64,000 nucleotides of DNA from Macrostomum hystrix (lineage: Eukaryota; Animalia; Platyhelminthes), in the NCBI GenBank assembly GCA_950097015.1, contig CATNEN010000031.1:2108001-2172000 (forward strand). Direction: 5' to 3'. This document shows, one piece after another, positions 1 to 12,421 of the stretch; position 1 is the first letter of the stretch, and the number at the start of each line of letters is the position of its first letter. Below the pieces are notes generated by a model, which was not told the origin of the DNA, did no database searches, and saw only the letters and a list, made by a program, of their open reading frames with translations. A program made the translations under genes and the position numbers.

Positions 1-1238
1 GTGAGATTGGAGCTGAGTAGAGATGAGACAGTGAGATTGGAGCTGAGTAGAGATGAGACAGTGAGATTGGAGCTGAGTAGAGATGAGACAGTGAGATTGG
101 AGCTGAGTAGAGATGAGACAGTGAGATTAGAGCTGAGTAGAGATGAGACAGTGAGATTGGAGCTGAGTAGAGATGAGACAGTGAGATGGGAGCTGAGTAG
201 AGATGAGACAGTGAGATGAGAGCTGAGTAGAGATGAGACAGTGAGATTGGAGCTGACTAGAGATGAGACAGTGAGATTGGAGCTGAGTAGAGATGAGACA
301 GTGAGATTGGAGCTGAGAAGAGATGAGACAGTGAGATTGGAGCTGAGTAGAGATGAGACAGTGAGATTAGAGCTGAGTAGAGATGAGACAGTGAGATTGG
401 AGCTGAGAAGAGATGAGACAGTGAGATTAGAGCTGAGTAGAGATGAGACTGTGAGATTGGAGCTGAGTAGAGATGAGACAGTGAGATTGGAGCTGAGTAG
501 AGATGAGACAGTGAGATGAGAGCTGAGTAGAGATGAGACAGTGAGATTGGAGCTGAGTAGAGATGAGACAGTGAGATGGGAGCTGAGTAGAGATGAGACA
601 GTGAGATTGGAGCTGAGTAGAGATGAGACAGTGAGATTGGAGCTGAGTAGAGATGAGACAGTGAGATTGGAGCTGAGTAGAGATGAGACAGTGAGATGGG
701 AGCTGATTAGAGATGAGACAGTGAGATTGGAGCTGAGTAGAGATGAGACAGTGAGATTGGAGCTGAGTAGAGATGAGACAGTGAGATTAGAGCTGAGAAG
801 AGATGAGACAGTGAGATGGGAGCTGAGTAGAGATGAGACAGTGAGATGAGAGCTGAGTAGAGATGAGACAGTGAGATGAGAGCTGAGTAGAGATGAGACA
901 GTGAGATTGGAGCTGAGTAGAGATGAGACAGTGAGATGGGAGCTGAGTAGAGATGAGACAGTGAGATGAGAGCTGAGTAGAGATGAGACAGTGAGATTGG
1001 AGCTGAGTAGAGATGAGACAGTGAGATTGGAGCTGAGTAGAGATGAGACAGTGAGATTGGAGCTGAGAAGAGATGAGACAGTGAGATTAGAGCTGAGTAG
1101 AGATGAGACAGTGAGATTGGAGCTGAGTAGAGATGAGACAGTGAGATTAGAGCTGAGTAGAGATGAGACAGTGAGATTGGAGCTGAGTAGAGATGCAACA
1201 GTGAGATTGGAGCTGAGTAGAGATGAGACAGTGAGATG
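1..1238. repeat. 30-bp minisatellite (GTGAGATTGGAGCTGAGTAGAGATGAGACA)n, about 41 copies, running off the window start
   Basis: The unit aligns with the 60-nt line period. It probably lies in an intron of the SDCCAG8-like gene. Confidence 0.98.
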
Positions 1239-1249
1239 ATGAAAATCAC

Positions 1250-1530
1250 TGCTCCTAATCTCAATCCTCATCCCAATCCCAATCCTAATCACCATCCTAA
1301 TCACATCCTAATTCTAATCCCAATCCTAATCCTAATCACATCCTAATCACATCCTAATCCTAATCCCAATCCTAATCCTAATCCCAATCCTAACCCTAAT
1401 CACATCCTAATCCTAATCACATCCTAATCCTAATCCTAATCCTAATCCTAATCATATCCTAATCCTAATCCTAATCCTAATCCTAATCCTAATCACCATC
1501 CTAATCCCAGTCCTAATCACAATCCTTAAT
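1250..1530. repeat. Degenerate (CCTAAT)n hexamer tract, (TTAGGA)-like on the minus strand
   Basis: Runs of cctaat with cccaat and cacat variants. Confidence 0.9.
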
Positions 1531-2055
1531 CCGAATCCTGTTCCATCACTAAAGCTCACTTGACATCCAAAGTCTTTTCCAAAAAAGCCGAAGTATAAGA
1601 GCGAAAAAGCGCAAAACAACAGGAGTGAAGCATAAATACGATCGAGAATAGGAAAAAAGTAAAAGCCTATTAATTTGCTGCTCCTCAAGACTTATGAATT
1701 GCTCATGGTATAACAAATGTAAAGTTGAAAATACTTTTTCGAATTTCGAATTTTCGTTTTTCAATTTTTTAAATATTTTTTTCGGATAAAAGGTTAGTAG
1801 AGCATAGGTCAGATTTCAGCCAATCAAAAGGAATCTGCGTTCTGATAGATTGATCAGATGATAGATTTGCAACCAATGATAAGAGGACTGCAGTTCAATA
1901 TGCATTATAATACATTAGCTGCCCATTACAACAAATTTGCAACACAGAAAAAACATCTAAAAAGTGACTGATAATTAAAAGACCAGAGAAAATTTATTCT
2001 TATTTACAACACCGACTCAGACAGGGCTAAATACCGGTGAGCTGGTTCTGTTCAC

Positions 2056-4548
2056 CTGGTCGTCACTGGAAGACCATTGCACTATCTGCTGCACCACCGA
2101 GTGCTTTAACTCGTGCATCAGGGTTTGATTATCGGACACCAGGCCTTTGAGACTGCGCCTCAGGTGGCCCAACTCTTGCTGCGTTTGTTGAGTGCGTGGC
2201 GTAGCCGGGACGGCTTTTCAGATTAATTTCCTATGCTTTACTCATAAGAAACATTCTGCGCTACTTTAAGTAGTGCAAAACACTAGTGGGCGTTAAAAAA
2301 CTATAAAATTTGTGAAAACTCACATCGGACTGCTGGGTTTGAATTTCCAGCGCACGAATGTAGGCTGTCTGACTCTCCAGCAGGTCCACCAGCTCCGCCT
2401 TGCTTGCCTGCACTGGCAGATTCTGCCAGGTGGCTCGCCTGTCGTCCGCTGAGAACTGAGACGACTAGCGAGAGGAGGAGGATGCAGTTGGTGAGAGCCG
2501 GACTCGTGATTGCATTATATTGCGTGTTTATATATTTCACTGTGTCGCAAATGACAAGAGGAAATGGGACGGGGGGAGATAAGAGGAGGGGGGATAGTTG
2601 TGCCGTAATAATAATAATAATAATAATAATTGCAGGAGGGCTGTGAACAATTTAGTGACACTAGACACGCAGCCAACGAGGAGGCAATTCTGCCCATTTC
2701 GCTGACTCCTGAGCACACACGCACACACAGATACTGTACGCAGGCACACGCTCACACAAATGTGTACATCTGCCCTGACTTTCTCATCGTCAGGCACTGT
2801 ACACTTTACTGTGCCTTGGAGGTTGGCCCCTCAAGGGTGTAAATTGTACGACAAGCCCCCAAGCCTTCTCTCGGCAGCTGCGCCCGAAATAAATGTGGCC
2901 TCACCGCGGAATCGAGCTCAGAGACCTTGGTCTCTGAGCCGAGAGACAAAGATGTTAGACCGCTCTGCCACTCACCACATGGGTGATGGGGTGCGGGAGA
3001 TATGGGAGGGAGATTGTATGGAAGATAGAGAAGGGAGATGGGGTGTGGGTGTGAGATAGGGAGGGAGATGGGGTGTGGGTGGGAGATAGGGAGGGAGATG
3101 GGTGTGGGAGTAAATGCAGTAACAATCTGCGGCTCGCACCAGTGGAGGTGTAAACTGGACGCCGCGAGCAACCGACGGCCTCTCGCTGCCACCTCGGGCA
3201 GTGGCTTCGGTGGACAGATCCCGGCTGGCAACCATTTCAGCCAGCTTGGCCGCCGCTGTCCGGTAGCTGTGGTCGTTGTGAAACTGACCCTCACTCCATG
3301 CTCGGTTGGACCCAGTCGATGCCCGGAGCTCCTCTGCGCTGGACGCCTGATGCCGACGCGATGGAGGTGGCTGTGATTGCTGGCGCGGTCGACTCTGCCG
3401 ATCACGATCGTCGAATGACATCCGGAGATCCTCCAGAGACTCGTTTGCTCTCTCTGCAGAAAAAATAGACTTCACTGGCTGTTTAAGATTTTAATGACAT
3501 TATACGAGATGCATGTAAAAATCATCTGCGAGCTCTGTACTTTTTTCTGTTGCTAAAGCTTACAAGCCACTTACGCTTGTAGAGAAAAAATTAAAAATAA
3601 TTGGCAATTAGAACTTGTCTTACCGAAATAGTCTATTGTAAAGTTTGTGTGTTCAGATCCAACAAGCACGATTAAATGCTTAAGTTACTTACGGTTCACA
3701 TTAAAAGTAAAGTATAACTGGTTGAATAAAAAAAACAAAAAATATTCTATAAGTTTATCGAACTCATTTCAAATTAATCAAATGAATCAGAAATAGTAAT
3801 GTATACATTGCATACAACATCAAGTATTTAAAAAACTTAGACACGAAGCAAACATTATTATAATATAGGATATAGGGTACATGTAAATTCAGGATTCCAC
3901 ATTATAACTATTTTGTCATGAACACCTTCACATTCTATAATACTTTTGCTTATAAATATGATTATAAATATTTTTGATTACGAGCATTAGCAGCTATTTG
4001 CACTATCAATTACATTTTTTCGGTCTTAGTATGGGACACTAATCACATAACAGTTTACAGTTTAGTATTAAATAAATAAAAGAAGCTAAATTCAGGATGT
4101 CAACATTATACAGGTATTTTTTGCATAATATAAGTACAATAGGTGAGCAACAAAATACTTATGTGTTAACTGAGATGCTTTTAGAATAAAAAATTAAAGC
4201 TAGTTTTCTCGTTATACAAAGGTGGCTTGTCCTTACTAAAAATTGACTACTGACTGACTAGAATATATTCCACGAGCTAGATGTATTTTTTGGGAGTGTA
4301 GACACTGTCAATAAAAATATGTAGGCACATCAACGTAATTTAATTCATAAATTTGGTTATTCGATGCTACTTAAATCTTACCAACCGGCAAGATACTTAA
4401 GATTATCAGTAAATGAGTCAATAGTCGTTTGTCTATATCCCATGGTATCGTATCATGGATTCATTATGGTAGGAGTGACATTTTAAATTTACTAAAGTAG
4501 CTCGTCAGTTAAATACTTACGAAGGATGCTGTCAGTTGATGATTGCAT
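2056..4548 (-). CDS. SDCCAG8: SDCCAG8-like centrosomal/ciliary coiled-coil protein, 5' exons (gene continues beyond the window start)
   Basis: Manual splicing gives exons 4548-4521 (MQSSTDSIL, GTAAGT donor, phase 1), 3453-~3140, ~2455-2324 (GTGAGT donor) and 2178-~2056. The joined peptide has QRANESLEDL, AAAKLAEMV and ELVDLLESQTAYIRALEIQTQQSDQELGHLRRSLKGLVSDNQTLMHELK. The last aligns without gaps to the remembered SDCCAG8 N-terminal segment (DLVHTINDQSQYIHHLEAEVKFCKEELSGMKNKIQVVVLENEGLQQQLK). The exon 2 donor is uncertain. Confidence 0.6.
2606..2958 (-). mobile_element. tRNA-derived SINE, family B, near full length with (ATT)n tail
   Basis: Minus strand has an A-box-like TGGCAGAGCGG, a B-box-like GCTCGATTCC and a 3' (ATT)7 tail. 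Homologous copies occur at ~15310, 27330, 28070 and 46630. Confidence 0.8.
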
Positions 4549-6129
4549 TCGTTTAAATTGAGTGAGCGAGCACAATTATTAGGAAGGAGGAAGAAAACAA
4601 CAAATCAACAAATATACCTATTCAATAAATTCTGTCAAAATGCTTAATTAAAAGGGTGCTAAGAGTCTATAGTTTCTACTTGCTAATTCGTATATTACGA
4701 CATGAACGTAGAAATATAACATGGGGCAGGAAATATTGATATGAGAAGAATTTTCATATAAAATTTCTGCATGTGTTTTGCATTTCTGTAAATTTCATAT
4801 ATCAAATAGCATGATCTCAGGTCTGCTAACTACTTGTCGTTTTGACTCTTGACTCAATATCCTCGAATACAGTGAGACAGTGCTCTTAAAGGAGTTGTGG
4901 AACAGCGTATTACGAAGAAACCAATATTTGCATGCATCTTTAAGCCCTTTACTTTTAATGAAGGTATACAGACCAGTATATCAGTTTGGAACTTCTGCGA
5001 GAAGCTTGGAACTTTTAAACCATTGTAGAAGTAGACCGACGTGGATCGCACTTCGTGCAAAAAAGTGAAGTTTGTAGTTTATTTTAGTTGACTAGCTTGA
5101 CTAGCTAATTTTATTAAAATTGAATTTGATTTCCTATCAATTATATATATATATGGAATTACAGAAAGACAACTTCTATTGTCTTTGAACCAATACTGCT
5201 GCTTACTTGCTGCCTACAGGTGCATTTCAGGTTTGGCCCGAGACGATCTGTATCGAAAGGCTTGGCGCGACTTTAGCAAGCCCTCCTGATGATTCACGAG
5301 TGTACTAGCATACGAGGCCAAAAAATCGCCATTGAGTGAGGAATTGGCTGGTTCTGACGATTCCCCCGATATTTTCTGATTTGAGTGATATATTTTAAAT
5401 CTGATGCTGCAGATCAGATGAACCAATTCTTATATGTATTTGGGATCATTTTATTTACTAAACGAGAGTACTGCAGCTCGACGTAGAGCACTCACATCAT
5501 GCTCAACGCATATGTAAATGTATAAAGTAAACTCTGGTATTCTTCAGTCAAGCATGCTGCGTCCAAAAAGCGTTTGCAATTTATCTTTTTAAGGGTTTCA
5601 ATCAAGCGAATATATATAGCAAATAATGTGCTGTTTGATATTCTATATATACTCGTATTATTGCACCATGTGCCAGCCCGTAAACATATTAATTTGTGTT
5701 AAGCTTGATCAATTTCTTTATCTAGACAAGCGATAGAAAAAAATACCTGGCTAGATTTGCTTTTAGTATCTCTTTACACAAAAAATATACGAGCTATACG
5801 AATTAAGACAGTATACAAGCTAGATCTGCACTATTTTACTTAAACAGGATAGTGTTTTACATTATAATAAGAGCAAGATAGATAGACCTCTATAGCTTCT
5901 CGGTTAGGGCAGCTATATTGCAGTTAGCTACAAGATGCATGGATAGGATGGTATAAAATTTTCATCTATTTTAGAATTAGTCCGTCTACGATTAATATTC
6001 GATAGGCTCTGATTTATGTAAAGTCTCAACAACGCGGCCAGACAACCTCTATAAAGCAGAATCCAATCACAGCGGGCCACGTCATCCTCATCGTCCTCAT
6101 CCTCATCCTCATAACTATCAGGGTGATAG

Positions 6130-7990
6130 TTAAGGCTGATTGGATCGCCGGTGCTGAAATCCCTGACCTGACAATCGGTCACCCTGATCGTAGGCTGGAT
6201 TACTCCTGGCAGCGTTGTTATTGTTGTTCATTGTGGTGTCAGCGATCACTTTTCTAAAAACCCGAATTGGTGAATGCGACAATGTAATTGTTTTTTAGGA
6301 AAATAACAGAAAATGCAAAAGTTTAACCTGATTTTCATTAACCGCCAGGCAAAAAAACTGAGTACACCCAGACTGACGACGAACAATGTGCAGATAGTCG
6401 CCACAACCGGCACTATCCCTACAATGAGTTATCAGCCAGATACTGTAGCGTAACAAGGTTATAAAAATAGTACAAAAAGCAAAAAAATGAATTAAAATGG
6501 CCATTACATGTATTAGAATTCTCGCTGGCATTTTCGGTTGAATTAGTAGTAGAATCTGGTGAAGATATATCGGTACTCCCAATTGTGCTGGGTGAGTCAG
6601 TTGTTGCAGAATCTGGTGAAGATATATCGGTACTCCCAATTGTGCTGGGTGAGTCAGTTGTTGCAGAATCTGGTGAAGATATCTCGGTACTCCCAATTGT
6701 GCTGGGTGAGTCAGTTGTTGCAGAATCTGGTGAAGATATATCGGTACTCCCAATTGTGCTGGGTGAGTCAGTTGTTGCAGAATCTGGTGAAGATATCTCG
6801 GTACTCCCAATTGTGCTGGGTGAGTCAGTTGTTGCAGAATCTGGTGAAGATATATCGGTACTCCCAATTGTGCTGGGTGAGTCAGTTGTTGCAGAATCTG
6901 GTGAAGATATATCGGTACTCCCAATTGTGCTGGGTGAGTCAGTTGTTGCAGAATCTGGTGAAGATATCTCGGTACTCCCAATTGTGCTGGGTGAGTCAGT
7001 TGTTGCAGAATCTGGTGAAGATATCTCGGTACTCCCAATTGTGCTGGGTGAGTCAGTTGTTGCAGAATCTGGTGAAGATATATCGGTACTCCCAATTGTG
7101 CTGGGTGAGTCAGTTGTTGCAGAATCTGGTGAAGATATCTCGGTACTCCCAATTGTGCTGGGTGAGTCAGTTGTTGCAGAATCTGGTGAAGATATATCGG
7201 TACTTCCAATTGTGCTGGGTGAGTCAGTTGTTGCAGAATCTGGTGAAGATATATCGGTACTCCCAATTGTGCTGGGTGAGTCAGTTGTTGCAGAATCTGG
7301 TGAAGATATATCGGTACTCCCAATTGTGCTGGGTGAGTCAGTTGTTGCAGAATCTGGTGAAGATATATCGGTACTCCCAATTGTGCTGGGTGAGTCAGTT
7401 GTTGTAGAATCTGGTGAAGATATCTCGGTACTCCCAATTGTGCTGGGTGAGTCAGTTGTTGCAGAATCTGGTGAAGATATATCGGTACTCCCAATTGTGC
7501 TGGGTGAGTCAGTTGTTGCAGAATCTGGTGAAGATATATCGGTACTCCCAATTGTGCTGGGTGAGTCAGTTGTTGCAGAATCTGGTGAAGATATCTCGGT
7601 ACTCCCAATTGTGCTGGGTGAGTCAGTTGTTGCAGACTCTGGTGATGATATCTCAGTACTACCACTTGTAGGTGAGCCAGTTGCTGTAGACTCTGGTGAA
7701 GATATCTCAGTACTGCCACTTGTAGGTGAGCCAGTTGCTGTAGACTCTGGTGAAGATATCTCAGTACTGCCACTTGTAGGTGAGCCAGTTGCTGTAGACT
7801 CTGGTGAAGATATCTCAGTACTACCACTTGTAGGTGAGCCAGTTGCAGTTTCTGGTGTAGTTGTCCCAATACTCCCACTAGTGTTAGCTGCAACCGAGCT
7901 GGTCATAGCTTGTACTTCGTTATTTAGAAAGTTGAGATGACTGTTTAGCAGCATTGTCACTAGAATAGTTGCTAACAGCAGCTTTGACAT
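6130..7990 (-). CDS. Type I transmembrane mucin/sialomucin-like protein, about 565 aa
   Basis: Exons are 7990-6508, 6418-6328 and 6253-6130, with GT-AG introns of 89 and 74 nt and consistent phases 1 and 2. The protein has a signal peptide (MSKLLLATILVTMLL), an S/T/P/D-rich tandem ectodomain and N-glycosylation sequons (NTS, NST, NAS). These are followed by a TM helix WIVPVVATICTLFVVSLGVLSFFAW, a basic stop-transfer RLMKIRK and a cytoplasmic NPAY motif. Confidence 0.8.
6550..7850 (-). repeat. Coding tandem repeats: about 19 x 57 bp (STIGSTDISSPDSATTDSP) and about 4 x 54 bp (TSGSTEISSPESTATGSP)
   Basis: Near-identical units are visible in both the DNA and the translation. Confidence 0.95.
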
Positions 7991-10900
7991 GCTGCATGCA
8001 CTTCTGGTTGACTTTAAAGCGGTCTTATGGGGAACTCAGTGCTTTGTTAATGCGCTCGCGCTATTCCCATGCAAACGCGCCGATTATTAAATGCTGATAA
8101 GCGAACGGCCAGGTAGCATAACTAATGGCAACGCGATAAACAAAAAGGAACCTCATAACATGCCGTGCTTGCCTGAATTTACATAAGCAATCGCCACGTC
8201 CGTAATTATACTTTATTCTGCTAAATGGCCCCTTTAACTTTATCGCGGGGCAAATACGACTGCAAATAAGCTGAAAGAAGTCGAGCTGGAAGAAATCGCG
8301 CTATCATGACCAGCACGCATTCGCATGAGGCCATGCTGGAGTCCAGAATATTGAAAACTGGCGACAAGTCTGCGCCGAACCCCCATAATCAAATAAGCTG
8401 ACTGCCTGTCCTAAATTTTACACAATACACTGGGCAGATAGGTAATTCGGATGCACTACTGGAAGAATAACGCTGGTATCGTTCGTTTCGTGGCACATTT
8501 GAAAAAATGTATGGGTTATTAGAAGGCAGAATAAATTATCTACATTTTAACGGAAGCTTGTTTGTCGCCCTGCTTTAGCTATAGTGAGCTGTGCTTAATA
8601 CAAGTTTTAGAAATGAAAAAACTGCCATTTAGCAGTAGAGAACCATAAAAAGTACTTTAACGCCATGCAGCACAATGCCGCGACACTAAAGTACAAATAG
8701 TGCTAACAATTTATTCTTCCCGTAAGAATAAAATATTTATTTGAAACTTGAATAGCACTCCATTCTATTCTTTCTTCCATGGTGATAATTCAATCAATAA
8801 ATGAATCTTAATCTATGAGTGATTATTTTCTGCTTAGATAACTGTTGGTTACAAAGACACGAGCCGCTTCTTGAAGTATATTACCATAGAAACTTCGGAA
8901 AGCGTTACGCATGGGCGCTTCGGCCAAAGAGTATTGAGGTCGCCTAGTATAGAGTGCCAATAAGGACGAAAATCTGAAGCCGATTTTTAGAATCCACCCA
9001 CCCCCTCCGGTCACCAAGCTTTTTAGTCTATGGAACAAGTTGTGGCTAGAATGGTGTACAAAGCCAATGCTCAGAAATATAATACATTTCACACTTAGAA
9101 AATGCACGTATCAAATAAGCAAGACAACATCACTCAGTCACCAGACTCAGTTGCCGCAGTCGATACACAACTCAGTAACAGACAAAAACATAAAAACCCA
9201 AACCCCGCAAGAAACTATTGTAGAAAGTTGTAAAATATGCTTTTGCTTAACGTGCTACTTAAAGTAATGTCACAAGGAAACCTCAGCCATAACGTTTAAT
9301 CTAATTTTAGAAATGAGTCATACGCTATTTTTAGAAACAAAGTCATGTGACATGAAACCGGAGAACCGGTTCTCGACAGCTGTATTTGCTTGAATTCCAA
9401 ATATGGTAATGTTCACCTGAAAAACCCCCAAAACGCAGCTGAACAAACAAGTTTGACCTCACTGTGCAAACATGTATGCCCAATGTAAGCACCCGGTCCT
9501 AAACCGGTTTGCCCCAAAATTTTACTATAAATACAAGCGAAAATCCGATCTGAAAATTCAGACTCGGAGCGGTCCACCGGACTTCAAAACACCCTACGAA
9601 GAAGAGGACTCATCTCTGAGGAAAAGACAAGTGGTAAGCGCTTTACTAGACAGGGTTATTTATTGCTAGCAATAGTTGTTGAATTGAACTGAGTTTACGA
9701 GAGCCACATATCGTCGATACATTTGAGAAAGGCCTCCTTGTTTCCTAGGATACATTCCTAGAGGATTATTGATTGATTTGATTTGAGTTATCCGTTATCT
9801 TTCGGATGTAACGAAGAAGACGCCCTTCAGGAGGACCTACGAGTATTAGAGATATACAAGAGAGATTTCAATTTCAATTCTCACTAGGGCGCACGTTTCT
9901 ATTGTGAATTCCGAGCTCGAGGAAACCGACAAGTAATCTGATTCGCTTTCGTCCTTTATTGGCCAACAGACAAACTCAAGCAGCTGCCAGGAAGACAAAA
10001 GAAGACAAGACTACAAAGACTCAAGAAACACAGACTCGAAACCTCATGGTCGACCAGAAAAAGGAGAAGGAGAACTACCGGACTACAAGGACCCAGAAAA
10101 CGACAAACTACTTAAGGAATAAGAAGCAATTGCAGTAAGTGTCACGTGACTGTTATAAATTCCTAGGCAATTGTTCCCCATTGTCTAGAAGTGGGAGTTT
10201 CGTGTGTCTGATCAACACGCAAAACTCTTCACTATAGAGCTAATTTTTTTCCACAAATCGCCAATTTTATGGAAAATTGGTTGCAACAAATACGGGTAGG
10301 TTAATAATGATTTCACAATCAACAATAGAAATACAAATTCAGCCTCATTTATTTATTACTTTTGCTAAAGGATTTTACATAACAAATTTGTAGTCACAAA
10401 TATTTAGAGGCTTTAAACGCAAAGCGCTATTATGAAAAAACGAAATAGTTTTTTTACAGACAGCACACGAGATCATTTTTACTTATCAGTCTATTATTGT
10501 CTTCTCTTAGTAGGCATCCTAAAAAGAGAGCAAACTAAAAGAAATTAGCGTCGAGTGCATAAGCGCGGAAAGGTAAAGAAATAATACATGTTCTACCAAC
10601 AGAAAGTTTCGCCGGCAAAAGCATCAAGGGCAGAACAAGACGACATGGACAATAGAAAGACAGGAGGATTTCATAAACTAACCCTAAAAGCTTTCATCTT
10701 TCCCAATTTCATTAATTTCATTATGTAATTTAAACCTTACTACTCACTGTTCAGCTCAGCGCGAGTAGCGAAGCCATGTAAAACGAAAAATGTTGTGCCT
10801 AGACTAGGCCTATCCAGTAAGAGCTAACACTACTTGGCTGGTTAGTAGCATCGTGCATACAGTAACTACCAGCATTTAGGCTAGCATTTATTCGAGAAAA

Positions 10901-11224
10901 AAGGAAACAATGATTAGGCTTAATATGGCCAAAAACTTCTTAAAAACGGTTAGTTAAAGTATTGTTTGCTATAGCGTTAAAATTTTTAGTTATTATCCTA
11001 TCTAACTTTAAAGTAATTGAAACTGATTCGTTTTACAATAATCCGAGTAAGCATACTCGTGCATGTAATCAGCGAAAGGTAAAAATGCTTTTCGAATATG
11101 CACACTTTATTTTTGCATGTTAACGAAGCAGGGAGAATGAATTTAAAGACCGGGAAGGGATAGAAAAAGGGATATTGAAAAGGTCGGGCAGGGGTAGGAG
11201 AGAGAATATTAAAAGGCCGGAGGC

Positions 11225-11660
11225 TGGAAAGGGGTAGAAGAGGGAGGATTGAAAGGCCGGGAAGGGTAGAAGAGGGAGGATTGAAAGGCCGGGAAGGGTA
11301 GAAGAGGGAGGATTGAAAGGCCGGGAAGGGTAGAAGAGGGAGGATTGAAAGGCCGGGAAGGGTAGAAGAGGGAGGATTGAAAGTCCGGGAAGGGTAGAAG
11401 AGGGAGGATTGAAAGGCCGGGAAGGGTAGAAGAGGGAGGATTGAAAGGCCGGGAAGGGTAGAAGAGGGAGGATTGAAAGGCCGGGAAGGGTAGAAGAGGG
11501 AGGATTGAAAGGCCGGGAAGGGTAGAAGAGGGAGGATTGAAAGGCCGGGAAGGGTAGAAGAGGGAGGATTGAAAGGCCGGGAAGGGTAGAAGAGGGAGGA
11601 TTGAAAGGCCGGGAAGGGTAGAAGAGGGAGGATTGAAAGGCCGGGAAGGGTAGAAGAGTG
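11225..11660. repeat. 32-bp purine-rich minisatellite (GAAGGGTAGAAGAGGGAGGATTGAAAGGCCGG)n
   Basis: About 13 near-identical copies. Confidence 0.95.
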
Positions 11661-12421
11661 TGGCTGAAGTGTTCAGATATGACGAAAAAGTAAAATCTTG
11701 ACTTTCTTTTTAATTTTCTTGAAAACGGCAGCTTCAAAGTAGAAAATTACAATAGAGATATGTTTGGCGACAGCGTTTTACTACGAGTAGCTAATGGAAC
11801 AAACAATAGTCTTTTAGCTAGCAAACAATTATACAGAGCACGGGTTGACAAACAATCAGGTTTACAAAAATAAGAAAGCTATTTTCAACAGAAAAATGCA
11901 CACCAGTAACTGAGGGTAAGCGTTTGTAGCTTAAATAGGTTAGCTTCAGATACTCGTAATATACCTGGGCACCAGTTGAATAGATCAATAGATTTGAATG
12001 AAACGGGTTTCATCGATTATAATTTATCTTCAAGTCCAAATATCAATCGTTGCTCTAATCTTAAGTTCGGGACTAAAATGGAGTTTCAAAACTCGAATAC
12101 CGGAAAATCCAGTACAAAATGAAATACGACAGCAATAAGGTACGCTAAATAAAAAAAATCGGAGCAGACAGCCCAGGCCGCCTGAACTATCTCGACAGGA
12201 AACAATGGCATAACCAGAACATCACAGAGTCAGGTCTCAACTAATTGCAAGTGCAATTGCAAGTAACAGTTTTCTTTGAACAATTTAGCGAAACAAATAT
12301 TGATGAGATATTGGCTAAGCGTATCAAATATACAATTGGCTCCCTTTATTATATATATAATCTTTAAAAGGCCACTGGTAAGGCTATATGAATCAAACTA
12401 GACAGATTAGGGCGAGGCTGG

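Noticed and set aside
1-1264. ORFs RLELSRDETV(n) and their antisense counterpart
   Set aside because: Translation of a 30-bp satellite with non-ATG starts. The same applies to the repeat ORFs at 11120, 16170, 17031, 29965, 37803, 39480, 41517, 43394, 44561, 48302, 49448, 57177 and 58245-60623.
4549-6129. Mucin -> SDCCAG8-like as a second operon
   Set aside because: The gap is about 1.6 kb, and no AG acceptor follows the pyrimidine tract upstream of the SDCCAG8-like ATG. The short ORFs at 4854-5426 could not be assigned.
5928-6182. Acidic ORF (YEDEDEDDEDD) overlapping the last mucin exon
   Set aside because: It is out of frame with the spliced mucin, has a non-ATG start, and has no plausible splice path into it. 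It is treated as 3' UTR, although an alternative exon cannot be excluded.
6585-7940. 451-aa plus-strand ORF and 532-aa alternative minus-frame ORF over the mucin
   Set aside because: These are shadow frames kept open by the 57-bp repeat. Only one frame has a signal peptide and splices to the TM exon.
9780-9840. Minus-strand CTGAAGG...CCGAAA hammerhead-like string inside a possible solo LTR or terminal repeat (9680-10145)
   Set aside because: The core has G in place of A9, and stems I and II do not pair in register. No TG...CA ends with a target-site duplication could be established.
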